Part shown: piece after piece, positions 25,039 to 37,904 of the stretch
Position numbering within the stretch: the stretch's first letter is position 1
How the letters are laid out: each line of letters begins with the position of its first letter
NCBI GenBank assembly: GCA_951406725.2
Contig: OX597823.1
Span: forward strand, 61,132,001-61,196,000
DNA length: 64,000 bases
Reading direction: 5' to 3'
From: Octopus vulgaris
Lineage: Eukaryota
Program-made: the position numbers and the translations under genes
The notes under the pieces: generated by a model
What the model saw: only the letters and a program-made list of their open reading frames with translations
Told to the model about the DNA's origin: nothing
Database searches by the model: none

Positions 25039-25186
25039 TTAAAATGCCTGATGTCAAATAAACCAGCAACGCCAAATAGGATGATGCCAAAATGTCTCAT
25101 ACCCATTATTCAAACAATGGTAGTACACTTGTTCAAGAAACAACTGGTTCTCATCTCTTTGAAGGAGATTAGAAGGAATATTTTAC

Positions 25187-25339
25187 CTATTGAAATGGTA
25201 ATCATTAACTCTTAATAGGCTTTCACAGAAATCCTTTTTATCTGCACGAACATTAGCTTTTTCTTCCAAAGTGTTTTTGTTTTCCTTTTTGCTTTTTAAA
25301 TCTCTGACACTGATCAATAATTTTCCTGTATCAGAAAGG
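25187..25339 (-). CDS. Probable coding exon (LSDTGKLLISVRDLKSKKENKNTLEEKANVRADKKDFCESLLRVNDYHFN)
   Basis: Acceptor ttttttcctttag and donor AG|gtaaaa. 153 nt, only the phase-2 frame is open. Confidence 0.65.
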
Positions 25340-25667
25340 CTAAAGGAAAAAACCAATTGATGCATTTGTTCAATATATTACTGGTATTTATACACCCTGT
25401 TAAAAGGGGAACGAAACTGGTTTTTGTGACTTTCTAAAGGTTATTTAGAAAGTGATGGAAGGAAGCCAAGCAAGCTACAAAAAAAAAAAAATTATGCAGG
25501 CGTGGCTGTATAGTAAGATATTTGCTTCGCATCCACATGGTTCTGGGTTCAGTTCCACTGTGTGGCACCTTGGACAAGTGTGCTCTACTATAGTCATGAG
25601 CTGACCAAAGCCTTGTGAGTGAATTTGGCAGACAGAAACTGGAGGAAGCTCTTCATAAATATATATA

Positions 25668-25885
25668 TTTCAATATGTGACCACATGTATATCATTGGCG
25701 ATTTTTTTCCTCCGTCATCCCTTCCTTGGATCTTTCCTTTTTCTATATTTCTGACAAAGAGCTCTGCTCGAAACGTTAAATCCGCCTCCTTCCTTTCCTT
25801 TCCTGAGTGTCCATTAATACTATACTTGTTCCACGTCCTCGCGTTGTTGTTTTCTCTTTGTGTTTTCATATTTGGATTAACTATA
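25668..25885 (+). mobile_element. Penelope pLTR-like fragment with minimal hammerhead (25747-25781)
   Basis: ATTT-CTGACAA-AGAGC-tct-GCTC-GAAACGTT-AAAT. Inserted in the microsatellite of a SINE; sister copy at 57950-58165. Confidence 0.65.
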
Positions 25886-26361
25886 TATATATACATATAC
25901 ACGAAGGGCTTCTTTCAGTTTCCATGCACCAAATCCACCCACAAGACTTTAGTTATATATATATATATATATTGACTCCATCAGTCATGAATGACCATGA
26001 GTGCACCTAAGAGGTTCCCCTATGGGGTACTAGTCTGAGCAGAAAGTATCCTCACCAGCAAACACACAACCTAGGGTTGTTTTTATGGAAGACCAGCAGT
26101 TGCCCATGCATACCAGCCTCTCCTCACCATGCCACCGATATTATCCAAGGTAAAGGCAACGGCCAACACTGTTTGAAACCAGTTACATCACAACTTATTT
26201 CTACAGCTGAATAAACTAGAGCAACTTGAAATAAAGTGTCTTGTTCAAGAACACAACATGCAGCCTGATCCAGGAATTGAACTTACAACTGCATGATCGT
26301 AAGCTTGACACTCTAACCACTGAGCCATGTGCTTTCACACACACACACACACCTATATACC

Positions 26362-27087
26362 GAACTTCTCTGATGAAAGTCAATATTGCACTTCTGTGGC
26401 AGATGGCAGGGCTAGGGTTTGGAGAAGAAGGGGTGAACATCATGCCAATAGCTGTGTGGTAGAGAGAAACTCATGGGGAGGACAGAACATCATGGTATGA
26501 GGCGGGGTTGCACTCAACCAGAAACTCGAACCGGTGGTCTTCCAAAACATCAGCCAAGACTGGGGCAATAGAGAAACCACTGCTCACCACATGGACCAAG
26601 TGTTGAGGCCTCACATTGTGCAATACATTGCCCATCATCGGTATTACATGTTCCAACATGACAAAGTCCATGCTCATATTGCCAGGTTGACAACAGACTT
26701 CCTCCAACAGCACAGGTGTATGGACACTTACAAGGCTTACCCTAAGTCCAGACTTGAACCCAATAGAGCACTTGTGGGACAACTGCAGCACAACTCACTG
26801 CAAGTTTTAAAAGAGTTTGGGCTGTTTTCCCCATGGCCTTCATCAGTCAGCTGGCTTAATCAATACTAATGGTGGTCACATGAGATACTGAGTTCATCTC
26901 TTTGGATCCAGGACACTCTGTCATCATGTGACAACATGTGATGTCAAACATGCTTCAGGAAATGACGTTTTATCATTAGGAAAGAACAGTTTCTTAATTA
27001 ACACTCTTCAATCAATGCTATGGCAGACTGTTAATAAACCAGTTTCTGATCAGTATGTGTGAGATATTTCTTTTGTCGTTCATTCTG
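26362..27087 (+). mobile_element. Tc1-like transposon 3' remnant
   Basis: Motifs FSDES, DGR.RVWRRRGE, MFQHDK.HAH, SPDLNPIEHLW, GGH.RY across frameshifts. TIR-like end followed by TA. Confidence 0.8.
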
Positions 27088-27267
27088 TATATATATCATC
27101 ATCATCATCATCATCATCGTTTAGCGTCCGTTTTCCATGCTAGCATGGGTTGGACGGGTCAACTGGGGTCTGTGAAGCTGGAAGGCTTCGTCAGGCCCAG
27201 TCAGATCTGGCAGTGTTTCTACGGCTGGATGCCCTTCCTAACGCCAACCACTCCGCGAGTGTAGTGG

Positions 27268-28060
27268 GTGTTTTTTACGTGCCACCTGCACAGGTGTCAG
27301 ACAGAGCTGGCGAACGGCCACGAACGGATGGTGCTTTTACGTGTCACCGGCACGGGGCCAGGCGATGCTGGCAACGGACACGAACGGATGGTGCTTTTAC
27401 GTGCCACCGACACGGGGCCAGACAGAGCTGGCAACCGGCCACGAACGGACGGTGCTTTTACGTGTCACCGGCACGGGGGCCAGCCGAGGCTGGCAACAGA
27501 CGTGAACGGATGGTGCTTTTACGTGCCACCGACATGGTTGCCAGACAGAGCTGGCAAACGGCCACGAGTGGACGGTGCTTTTACGTGTCACCGGCACGGG
27601 GGCCAGCCGAGGCTGGCAACGGACGCGAACAGATGGTGCTTTTACGTGCCACCGACACGGTTGCCAGTCAGAGCTGGCAAACGGCCACGAGCGGACGGTG
27701 CTTTTACGTGTCACCGGCACGGGGGCCAGCCGAGGCTGGCAACGGACGCGAACAGATGGTGCTTTTACGTGCCACCGACACGGTTGCCAGACAGAGCTGG
27801 CAAACGGCCACGAGCGGACGGTGCTTTTACGTGTCACCGGCACGGGGCCAGACAGAGCTGGCCAACGGCCACGAACGGACGGTGCTTTTACGTGTCACCG
27901 GCACGGGGCCAGGCGAGGCTGGCAACGAACACGAACGGATGGTGCTTTTACGTGCCACCGACACGGGGCCAGGCAGAGCTGGCAAACGGCCATGAGCGAA
28001 TGGTGCTTTTACGTATCACCGGCACGGGTGCCAGACGAGGCTGACAGCGGACACGAACAG
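27268..28060. repeat. GC-rich tandem array, ~13 x 60-62 bp (alternating A/B, ~123-bp higher order), inside a family C SINE
   Basis: GTGCTTTTAC anchor at 27331, 27391, 27452, 27513, 27575, 27636, 27698, 27759, 27821, 27882, 27942, 28003. Confidence 0.95.
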
Positions 28061-28092
28061 ATGGGTCACTTAACCCCTGCTTTCTGATATAT

Positions 28093-29242
28093 GATTTGAT
28101 TTTGATTGTTCTCACTGGTCTTGCCGGGTCTTCTCACGCACAGCATACTTCCATAGGTCTCGGTCTCTGGTCATTTCCTTGGTGAGACCTAGAGTTCGAA
28201 GGTCGTGCTTCACCACCTCGACCCAGGTTTTCCTGGGTCTACCTCTTCCACAGGTCCCCTCAACTGCCAGGGTGTGGCACTTTTTCACACACCTATCTTC
28301 ATCCATTCTCACCACATGACCATACCAGCGCAATCGTCTCTCTTGCACACAACATCTGATTCCTCTTAGGTCCAACTTTTCTCTCAAGGTACTTACACTC
28401 TGTCGACTATGAACACTGACATTACACATCCAACGGAGCATACTAGCTTCATTTCTCGCGAGCTTACGCATGTCCTCAGCAGTCACGGCCCATGTTTCAC
28501 TGCCATGTAGCATGGCTGTTCGTACACATGCATCATACAGTCTGCCTTTTACTCTGAGCGAGAGGCCTTTAGTCACCAACAGAGGTAAGAGCTCCCTAAA
28601 CTTTGCCCAGGCTATTCTTACTCTAGCCGTTACACTTTCAGCACACCCACCCCCACTACTGACTTGGTCATCAAGATAACGGAAGCTATCAACTACTTCT
28701 AGTTTTTCCCCCTGGAAAGTGACGGAAGTTGTTTTCTGCAGATTTTCAGAGGTTAATGCTCCCGAGCATCTGCCACATACAAAAACCATCTTCCTAGTTA
28801 GCCTTCCTATGACATTGCTGCACCTCTTATGTGTCCATAGCTTACACTTGGTGCATCTTATAGAGTTTCTACCTACACCTTTTCTACAGATCGAGCAGGG
28901 CCATCTACCTGAAGGCGTTTGTGATTTGTCTACCTTCCTACTTATTACGACTTTGGTTTTAGCTAGGTTGACTCTAAGGCCCTTCGATTCTAAACCATGC
29001 TTCCACACCTGAAACTTCTTCTCCAGTTCTGATAATGACTCAGCAATTAGAGCAAGGTCATCAGCATAGAGGAGCTCCCAGGGGCATCCTGTCTTGAATT
29101 CCTCCGTTATTGCCTGGAGGACTATGATAAATAGGAGGGGGCTGAGGACTGAGCCTTGGTGGACCCCTACCTCTACCCGGAATTCTTCACTGTACTCATT
29201 TCCAACCCTCACCTTACTAGCAGCGTCCCTGTACATGGCTTA
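28093..29242 (-). mobile_element. 5'-truncated RTE-clade LINE
   Basis: RT motifs GVHQGSVLSPLLF and LLYADD, RTE C-terminus LRWYGHVVRM...RGRPRKTW, short (ATCAA)-type tail. Confidence 0.93.
28112..29236 (-). CDS. RTE ORF 3' part: RT C-terminal half, C4HC3 PHD-type finger and C-terminal domain (uninterrupted 374 aa, truncated)
   Basis: ORF track; finger reads CSIC...CTKC....H..C...CGRC. Confidence 0.85.
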   Translation of the reverse strand: MYRDAASKVRVGNEYSEEFRVEVGVHQGSVLSPLLFIIVLQAITEEFKTGCPWELLYADDLALIAESLSELEKKFQVWKHGLESKGLRVNLAKTKVVISRKVDKSQTPSGRWPCSICRKGVGRNSIRCTKCKLWTHKRCSNVIGRLTRKMVFVCGRCSGALTSENLQKTTSVTFQGEKLEVVDSFRYLDDQVSSGGGCAESVTARVRIAWAKFRELLPLLVTKGLSLRVKGRLYDACVRTAMLHGSETWAVTAEDMRKLARNEASMLRWMCNVSVHSRQSVSTLREKLDLRGIRCCVQERRLRWYGHVVRMDEDRCVKKCHTLAVEGTCGRGRPRKTWVEVVKHDLRTLGLTKEMTRDRDLWKYAVREKTRQDQ

Positions 29243-30310
29243 TATATATATATCTGTGTCTTTGTTTGCCTGTTTAGCAAAAGAGACCAACAGAATAAGA
29301 ACCAGTCTTAAAAAGAGAAAATAAGTCCTGGGGGCAATTCATTTGACTAACATTTCTTCAAGGTAGTGCTCCAGCATGGCCGTAGTCTAATGACTGAAAC
29401 GAATAAAAGACAAAAGATAAAAGATCTCACATGAAAAGTTTCTTTTCGTGTTTGTCTGATTGTTATAATTTACCAAAGTTAAATATAAGTTGGGGACATC
29501 TCTCTCTAAAAATACCATAAGTCAATGTATAAGTATGTAGTATAGACATTTAAATATCATTGCTATTTTTCCATGTCCTCCTGCATTTCACAAGGAATTT
29601 TTGGTCCTCCAAAATCTTCTTGGTGTATAAGACTGTCTACCATTTTTGGTTGTAAAGTTTGGTCTGAAAAATTTGATTTGTATGCTAGAAAATATGGCTG
29701 AGAAGTTCCAGTTTCATAACCCAATGGATTATAGAGACTATAGTGAAATACAAAGCTTCTTCTGCAGTAGCTAAGGTAGATAATTAGATAAGGTAAGTAG
29801 ATCACCTGGTGATCTTTCTACCTTATCTAATTTATCTAATTATCTATCTTATCTAATTAGGGCAGGTAAATCTGGAGAAAGTTATCTATATGCAACAAGT
29901 ATGTGTATGAGAAATTATCTAACCGGAGTAGGTAAGTGTATGTGTGTATGGGTGAGGTGTCTTACTGTGACAAGCAAGTGTGATGGAGGTTGCTTATCTA
30001 GAGCAGGAACATGTAAAGGTAGGAGTTGGTGAGTGTTACCTACAAGGCCAGGTAAGTATAATAGAGCTACGTAGATAGGATTGTTTTTATGTTGATCTAC
30101 ATCAGTTCTGATTGAACAATCACATGACAACTTGCAGGTAATCAGCATAATGGCTAAATGTGATATGGAATTCTTAGTTGTGCAATGGCTTTATGAATCT
30201 CAGAACCATACTGGATATTGCAGTATGGTTCTGGTGAATGGTATCAGCTGCAGTAGAAGATTCTGGAATATAAGATTTGGCAGATAGAAACTGGGCTAAA
30301 TATATATGTA

Positions 30311-30459
<149 letters not shown>

Positions 30460-30484
30460 CACACACATACACATAATTACAATT

Positions 30485-30710
30485 AGGGTTTAGCTAACTG
30501 CTTCACCACATACCAAAATTAGAAATAGGAGTTAAAAATTCCTTTTCTGTTACTATAAGAATCTCCATGATGGTAAACATACTTTTTTATGAAGGCTAAG
30601 AGAAAAAACAATGAATCAACACGACCAGGATTAATTATATACGCGTTTCGAGATTAAAGTAATTTGAATTTTACTTACTTCTCTCTTCAGTATAATATTT
30701 CCAATAAAAA
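30485..30710 (-). mobile_element. Diverged relative of the 594-bp unit
   Basis: AGGGTTTAGC...ACCACA.ACC...TTAGAAATAG block shared with 17480-17530. Adjacent to (TA)n. Confidence 0.65.
30634..30696 (-). ncRNA. Minimal type I hammerhead ribozyme motif, intact core, GUA site
   Basis: ATTATA-CTGAAGA-GAGA...TCTC-GAAA-CGCG-TA-TATAAT, with palindromic ACGCGT stem III. Confidence 0.75.
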
Positions 30711-32931
30711 TTATTCAGAATGATATTTCCAATTTTTATAAAATTTGAAAGTGCTATAGCTGAATATGCACACAATCAAGCGTCATCATGTAACAGATAT
30801 TCAACCAATATTTCCGTTCTAGTTTTGATGTCCAGGCTGTGGATTTCATCAAGAGTCCAGTGCAATATCCCAAATGTTGGTACTAGCACTAACACTACAT
30901 AAGTATTGTGAGATAAGGTCTTGTTAAATGCAATCTACTCAGAGTTCTATATTTGCCAAGGTCTACAGAAGCATTCCGTTATTTCATCTTGCATTTGTTT
31001 TCCATGCTGGCATGGGTTAGATGGTTTCCCTGAACCCAGTAAACTAGGAAGCTGCACCAGGTTCCAATCTGATTTGACATGGTTTCTATTGCTGGATGCT
31101 CTTTCTAATGCCAACTTCTTTCTGTTATTCTGGCTTTTGTCACAGCACCAAAATATTCAACATTCTCACTGATGTGTGTGTGCGTGCACACATGCACGTC
31201 TGTGTGTGTGTGTAAAAGTGTACCTCTGTGGAGTATAAGAAGGCCATAACTTAACTCAATCTCAGTAAAATATGAAGAACTAGGCAACAACAATTAAAGT
31301 ACTTTTAATGATGAAGTGAGACCAGGAAAGCAGAGTGTTTTACATCAAGTGTTTACTCAGAAAGTATAACAAAACAAATATAAGCAAATATATGTCACCA
31401 ATGGGTTAGTAAAATAAGATATAAAAAAATGCTTTTGATCAGGCCTCAACTAAAAATAATTTCTAAGGGCATTGAAGAGTGTTTAGCTATGCTCAACTGC
31501 TAAAACAGGGAAGATTTCAGGGATAAATACTGTACAACAAGATGATAGAGACAGAAATGGAAATGACTCAAATGGCATGAGAATGTGCCGGAAGTTAATG
31601 TGAAGAGATAAGTAAATATAGAGAAATTTCTTTTGATCGGGAGAAAAGCTGGCAATGCAAATATTTAAGTAAAAAAAAAAAACAAGGCAGAATGATGAGA
31701 CAAAATGGGAAGTTAGAGAGGAGTGAACTGCGATTTTTAGATCATAAAGAAGACATCAGCAGTCCATCAAAACAAAGAGGAAGACAAACATGTGTGTGTG
31801 TGTGGGGGGGGGGGGGGATGTAATTCAGTAATATGTATGTGCGTGAGTATCAGTGGTGGCTTGTAGATAAAATTAGTGGTGGTGCTGCTTCAGAAAATTT
31901 TTAGCTGTTGTTTTAATATTGTGTAAAAGGAAACAAACACATAAAAAGAACATTTATACATAAACTTGATCGGTTCACATTTTAGCCACTGCCAGGTAGT
32001 GTGTTTAATTTGTTCACTGGACACCGCCGTGAATTCCCTCTTGTTTTTCAAAAACCCCACCTAAATCACAAAATAAGTGAGGACTACACTACACCTAATT
32101 TTCTCCCCTCCCTACACACACAAGCATGTGTCTGACTCATACACTGTTCACTTTCCAGACATTTGTACGTTACTGCATATGCTTTATACACACTTTTGAC
32201 AAGTTGTGGCACACCTGAGCACTGTATACAATAATTTCATTATTATTATTATTATTTAAAAGTGCCCTATTTTTCAAATCCTGGCAGCAACACTGAAGCT
32301 AGAAGTAGGATAATAATCTAATTCTACACTTTATCACATTCAAGAATATAAACACGTTTTTAAGCACAGCACAGGTGGAGTCGAAAAGAAACACTACTTT
32401 TCACCAGCACAATGGGGATGGCACTGCATGAGCAAGAGTGCTCTCTCTCCCTAGCTCATTCTCCCATTTCATAGCTGGCCATGACAAACTCTAGCCACAT
32501 CCTGGCTGTGTTCTTGGGACATTGCTTTGTTTTGTAAAAATTACTTCCCATCTGATAAATACAGTCTTTATGATGTTGTAATGTTCTCATTCTTCTATTA
32601 AAAGGTTGTATAAGAAACAGCTGACAATTATCCATCGTTCATTGTTATTATTCATTTGATTATAATACAAGGGATCTTACAACTTGTCAGACACCCTAAA
32701 GTATACTAACAACATACTGTTCAAAGTAACGTGCGATTTGGACCAGCCCCGCTAGGTCCGAAATACTCATAGGGTTAGTTTATTCTATATACGCAACAGA
32801 AATCTCCTACCTGATATTTCGACTCACACCAACCATAGGCCTGAACCACAGAGATCACTCAACCCTACCTGGTGCATACCTTTTCAAGTACCTGATTCTA
32901 TCTGAATCCTCATCTTATTCTTTATATATAT

Positions 32932-32977
<46 letters not shown>

Positions 32978-33001
32978 ATATATATATATAATTGAATAAT
33001 G

Positions 33002-33070
<69 letters not shown>

Positions 33071-33155
33071 TATATTTTGTGAAATTTGATTTAGTATTTC
33101 TAAATTGAATTTTTCCCTGTAAGTTTGGAATAATATTCCCTCAGATTATAATATA

Positions 33156-33195
<40 letters not shown>

Positions 33196-33489
33196 AGAAC
33201 AGTGTATCTCAAGGCAAATAATTGCTTCTACTATAGGCACAATGCCTGGAATTTTGAAGGAAGGGTTTAAGGTCAATTACATTGACCACTGTGTGTAACT
33301 GGTACTTAATTTATTGACCCTGGAAGAATGAAAGGTGAAGTCGGCATCGACAGAATCTGATCTCGGGACATAAAGATGGACAAAATGCATATGGCATTTT
33401 GTGCAGAGTGCTAACTGTTCTGGCAGCTTGCCCCACCTCTCTCTCTTGCTCTCTCTCTCTATTTTTATACATATACATACATACATACA

Positions 33490-33522
<33 letters not shown>

Positions 33523-33582
33523 CATCGTCCTTTATCATCATTGTTGTTTAACGTCCACTTTCCATGCTGGCATGTGTTGGAC

Positions 33583-33960
33583 ATGGGAAGCACTCCGTCG
33601 GTCACGACGATGAGGGTTCTGGTTGATCCGAATCAACGGAACAGCCTGCTCATGAAATTAACGTGTAAGTGGCTGAGCACTCCACAGACACGTGTACCCT
33701 TAACGTAGTTCTTGGGGATATTCAGCGTGACACAGAGAGTGACAAGGCCAGCCCTTTGAAATACAGGTACAACAGAAACAGGAAGTAAGAGTGTGAGAAA
33801 GTTGTGGTGAAAGAGTACAGCAGGGATCACCACCATCCCCTGCCGGAGCCTCGTGGAGCTTTAGGTGTTTTCGCTCAATAAACACTCACAACGCCCGGTC
33901 TGGGAATCGAAACAGCGATCTTATTACCGCGAGTCCGCTGCCCTAACCACTGGGCCAATG
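33583..33960 (-). mobile_element. tRNA(Arg)-like SINE (family D, OR-like) with Nin/Deu-type central domain
   Basis: Head TGGCCCAGTGGTTAGGGCAGCGGACTCG...GTTTCGATTCC; central domain recognised from memory. Confidence 0.7.
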
Positions 33961-34872
33961 TGTTGGACATACATACATATTGGAATGATGTATCATAATG
34001 CAAATAATGCTGTAAATAATAGTGTGTAAATACTGGGTTAAAATGCCTTTGGATATAAAGAACCAAAGGGTGTTTGTGGGACATGAACCCACATGTGTAA
34101 ACACAACGGGTGGTTCCTAACATTCTGGGCTCATATTTCATTTCTTGTCACAAGCCTCCTTTTGTAGCAAGATATAGGATCTTCAGGAACTGACCAATGA
34201 TAATAAGCTTGCAATATCAGATTCAGATGAAATGAGGGATTGATTGAGGCAATATTTCGGTCACATCCATCCTCAAGAATAGGCTCTGCATTTAAGTGAG
34301 ATAAATGTTGGAACAAATGACATTTGGCCAAAGTAATGCCATCTCCGGCTAACAACAGTCTTCTTTTTTAATTTAAATTTTTTTTCTACCAGACTTGAAG
34401 GCAGATTGTAAATGAGAGGTATCAATACCCTCTGTCAATAAGATATATTCATCATAATCTCAGCACAGCACACTTAAGTAAGTTTAAAATGGATTGATAT
34501 GGTTCCTGCATTATACATCAACTGTACAGAGTATATTGCTGGACATCAAAGTTGATATATGACAGTCCATAACTGTTAAAAGTAACAAAGTGACATCTCA
34601 CATGGAGGAATTGAGGAAAATAATTCTGTAAATGGAACTAGATAGATAGATAGATAGATAAATAGAGAGAGAGAGAAAGAGAAAGACACACACACACACA
34701 CAAATAAATATATATATATATGTATACATATATAAATATATATATACAAACATATATATATACACATACATACATATATATTCATACACACATATATATA
34801 AATGCACACACACACACATATATATATACATACACATGCATATATACACACACATGCATACATATATATATA

Positions 34873-34940
<68 letters not shown>

Positions 34941-36921
34941 TATATGTATGTGTACATATATATATATATAATAAGGAGGAAATTGGTATGTTATGAGACA
35001 GTAAGACTAGGTGTCTGTAACAAAGAACTATGATGCCATATTTGAAAGGCCAGACATTATATATTATCAGCTGAAGGTACCTAATGAGTCACAGCAAGAA
35101 TAGAATATTAGATGGCTGTTCTTGTTGTTTTTGTTGTTGTTGCAGTCTTTGTCGTCATTGATGTTGTTATTGTTGCTAACGTTGTTTATTACCATGTAGA
35201 CCTGCCTATAATAAAAGGTGTTTCAGCTATCATTATCTTGTCTTAATTTCAGTGTAACTTGGGTTGCATTATTTTATGTATACTAAGGTGGAGAGCTGGC
35301 AGAATTGTTAACATGCCGGGCGGAATGCTTAGCGGTATTTCGTCTGTTGCTATGTTCTGCGTTCAAATTTCCCCGAGGTCGACTTTGCCTTTCATCCTTT
35401 CGTGGTCGATTAAATAAGTACCAGTTACACACTGGGGTCGATATAATCGACTTAATCTGTATGTCTGTCCTTGTTGTCCTCTCTGTGTTTAGCCCCTTGT
35501 GGGTAGTAAAGAAATATGTATTTCGTCTGTCTTAATGGTCTGAGTTCAAATTCTGACACGGTCGACTCTACCTTTCGTCCTTTTGGGGTCAATAAATTAA
35601 GTATCAGTCGTATACTGGGGTTGATCTAAACGACTGGACTCTTCCCAAATGTTTCAGGTCTGGTGCCTAGTGTAGAAAAGATTATTTTATGTATCCTACA
35701 GATACCTTAAGAAAGATATAGCTACTATTTCTAACAAATTAGAATAAAGTTAGATCTTTGAAGCAAATGCATTGACTAGATTTATATACATGAGAAGATA
35801 TATTTACAAATGTGGAGAGTAAGTGTTTCATATATATATATTTATATATATACAGAGGCACAGGCATGGCTGTGTGGTAAGAAGCTTGCTTCCCAACCAC
35901 ATGGTTCCGGGTTCAGTCCCACTGCAGGGCACCTTGGGTAAGTGTCTTCTGCTATAGCCTTGGGCCAACCAAAGCCTTATGAGTGGATTTGGTTGATGGA
36001 AACTGAAAGAAACCTGTTGTATATATATTGATAGAAATGGTAAGTCAACAAAAGAATGAAAGAGGCCTTGATATTATGTAAATAGAGGAATTTATCTGTA
36101 AATGTAATATCCGAAACTCAGAGTTTTTTCATGGCTACTGAATAATTGTTACATATTACATTTACAGATATATATGTATATGTTTGAGTATCTGTGTTTG
36201 TCCCCTGCCCCCAACATCGCCTGACAACCAATGTTGGTGTGTTTTCATTCCCATAACCTAGCAGTTCGGCAAAAGAGACCTATAGTATAAATACTAAGCT
36301 TACAAAGAATAAGTCCTGGGATCAATTTGTTTGACTACAGGTGGTGCTCTAGCATCTGAATGACCTATGCAAATGCTTTGTTTATAGTGACTAAATGTAT
36401 GTGATGCACATTAGCTCACTCTCTCCATCAAATTGATATTACCTGTACAGGTGCACAAGTGTGCGACACATCAGATGTTGAAGTGGTCACAAAACAATGC
36501 AAGATGAAGTGTTTTGCTCAAGAACACATGTTGCTCAATCTAAGAATTTGAACCTACAATCTAGCAATTGTGAGGGCAACACACACACATATATACATAT
36601 AAATATATGAAATATTGAAATCATGGCACTCCCACATTCCTGAGCCTGCAACCCATATTGATACTGGACATCTTAGCATAGATTGTTTCTGGGTGTTTAG
36701 GTTCTGTGGGATGCTGTGCAAGCCCTATTGGACTTAAATTCTAGGCTGTGCAATAACTGGTGAGGTTATGTTTCAAAGCCTGGTCAAGTAGGATGGTGCT
36801 GCAGTGAGCATAGAATCCATGGGCATGAACCTGAGTGAAGCCGACTGCAGGTGCTGTAGACTCTTGTTGGCATTTTGCATGGGCAACAGTCAGTGACGAT
36901 CTACCTAAGTCATGAGTGGAC

Positions 36922-37110
36922 AGTCATCATCATTATCAACATTATCATCATTATCATCATCATCATGGTCATCACCATCATCATCATCATCATCATTGTT
37001 GTCATCGTCATCATCATCATCATCCTCGTCATCATCATTGTCATCATCGTCGTCATTATCATCATCATCGTCATCGTCACTGTTGTTGTCATCATCATCA
37101 TTATCATCAA

Positions 37111-37146
<36 letters not shown>
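36922..37146. repeat. (CAT)n imperfect microsatellite
   Basis: Direct reading. Confidence 0.95.
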
Positions 37147-37147
<1 letters not shown>

Positions 37148-37345
37148 TATATAGCTGTGTGGTTGACAAATTTGCTTCTCAACCACATGGCTTCAGAATG
37201 AAAGCCACTGCACCATTCTTCAGCAAGTGCCTTCTACTTCAGCCCCAGGATGACCAAATTCTTGTGAGAGGATTTAGTAGATGGACACTGAGAAATACTA
37301 GTCATATATAGAGCATGTATATATATTTATATATAGATAGATATA

Positions 37346-37867
37346 CCGTAAACCCTCGAGTATAATCCGTATTTTTTTCCCAAAATTTAAAGGTCAAAAT
37401 CCCTAGTGCATATTATATATGAGGTTAAAAATGAAAAATATTTTCTAAGCAATGTCCGAGTCTCTATTTGCTGTCGGCCAATGTTTATTCAGACACATTT
37501 TGTGATGTCGAGCGCGAAAATACCTTAAGCTAAGCCTGAAAGCAATGAAGTCATAAAAGAATCATCCATAACTTACAGTAAGCAACAATTATTAAAATAA
37601 AAGTATTCAGAACACAGAATAACATGTAACAAAAACAATTTGCAAACATATTTACATTCCCATATAACAGTTAAGAACATCACCATTATTGTATTACGCA
37701 TGCGCGGAAATGTTTGTTCAACTAGGTGCTATTAGCTTAATTACGCACGACTTAAGTTAGAGAAAGGGTGCGTATTATACACAAGCATTAGGTTTTTCAG
37801 ACGTACAGCGCCCTAAAAATCCCCTGCATATTATATTCAAGAGTGGACTATACTCAAGATTTTATGG
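37346..37867. mobile_element. Tc2/pogo-like MITE, 522 bp
   Basis: TIR CCGTAAACCCTCGAGTATAATCC / rc CCATAAAATCTTGAGTATAGTCC, with TA TSD. Confidence 0.85.
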
Positions 37868-37868
37868 T

Positions 37869-37904
<36 letters not shown>

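Noticed and set aside
27268-28060. CRISPR-like periodic array and overlapping 150-280 aa ORFs
   Set aside because: Spacers are not unique, the context is a eukaryotic SINE, and the ORFs arise from the 123-bp period.
29563-29739. Possible exon LYNPLGYETGTSQPYFL...DMEK*
   Set aside because: Acceptor is plausible, but no phase-compatible donor precedes the stop; unresolved rather than supported.
34131-34400. Protein-like minus-strand frame (LLLAGDGITLAK)
   Set aside because: Perhaps an ancient L1/Tx1 relic, but too degenerate to call.
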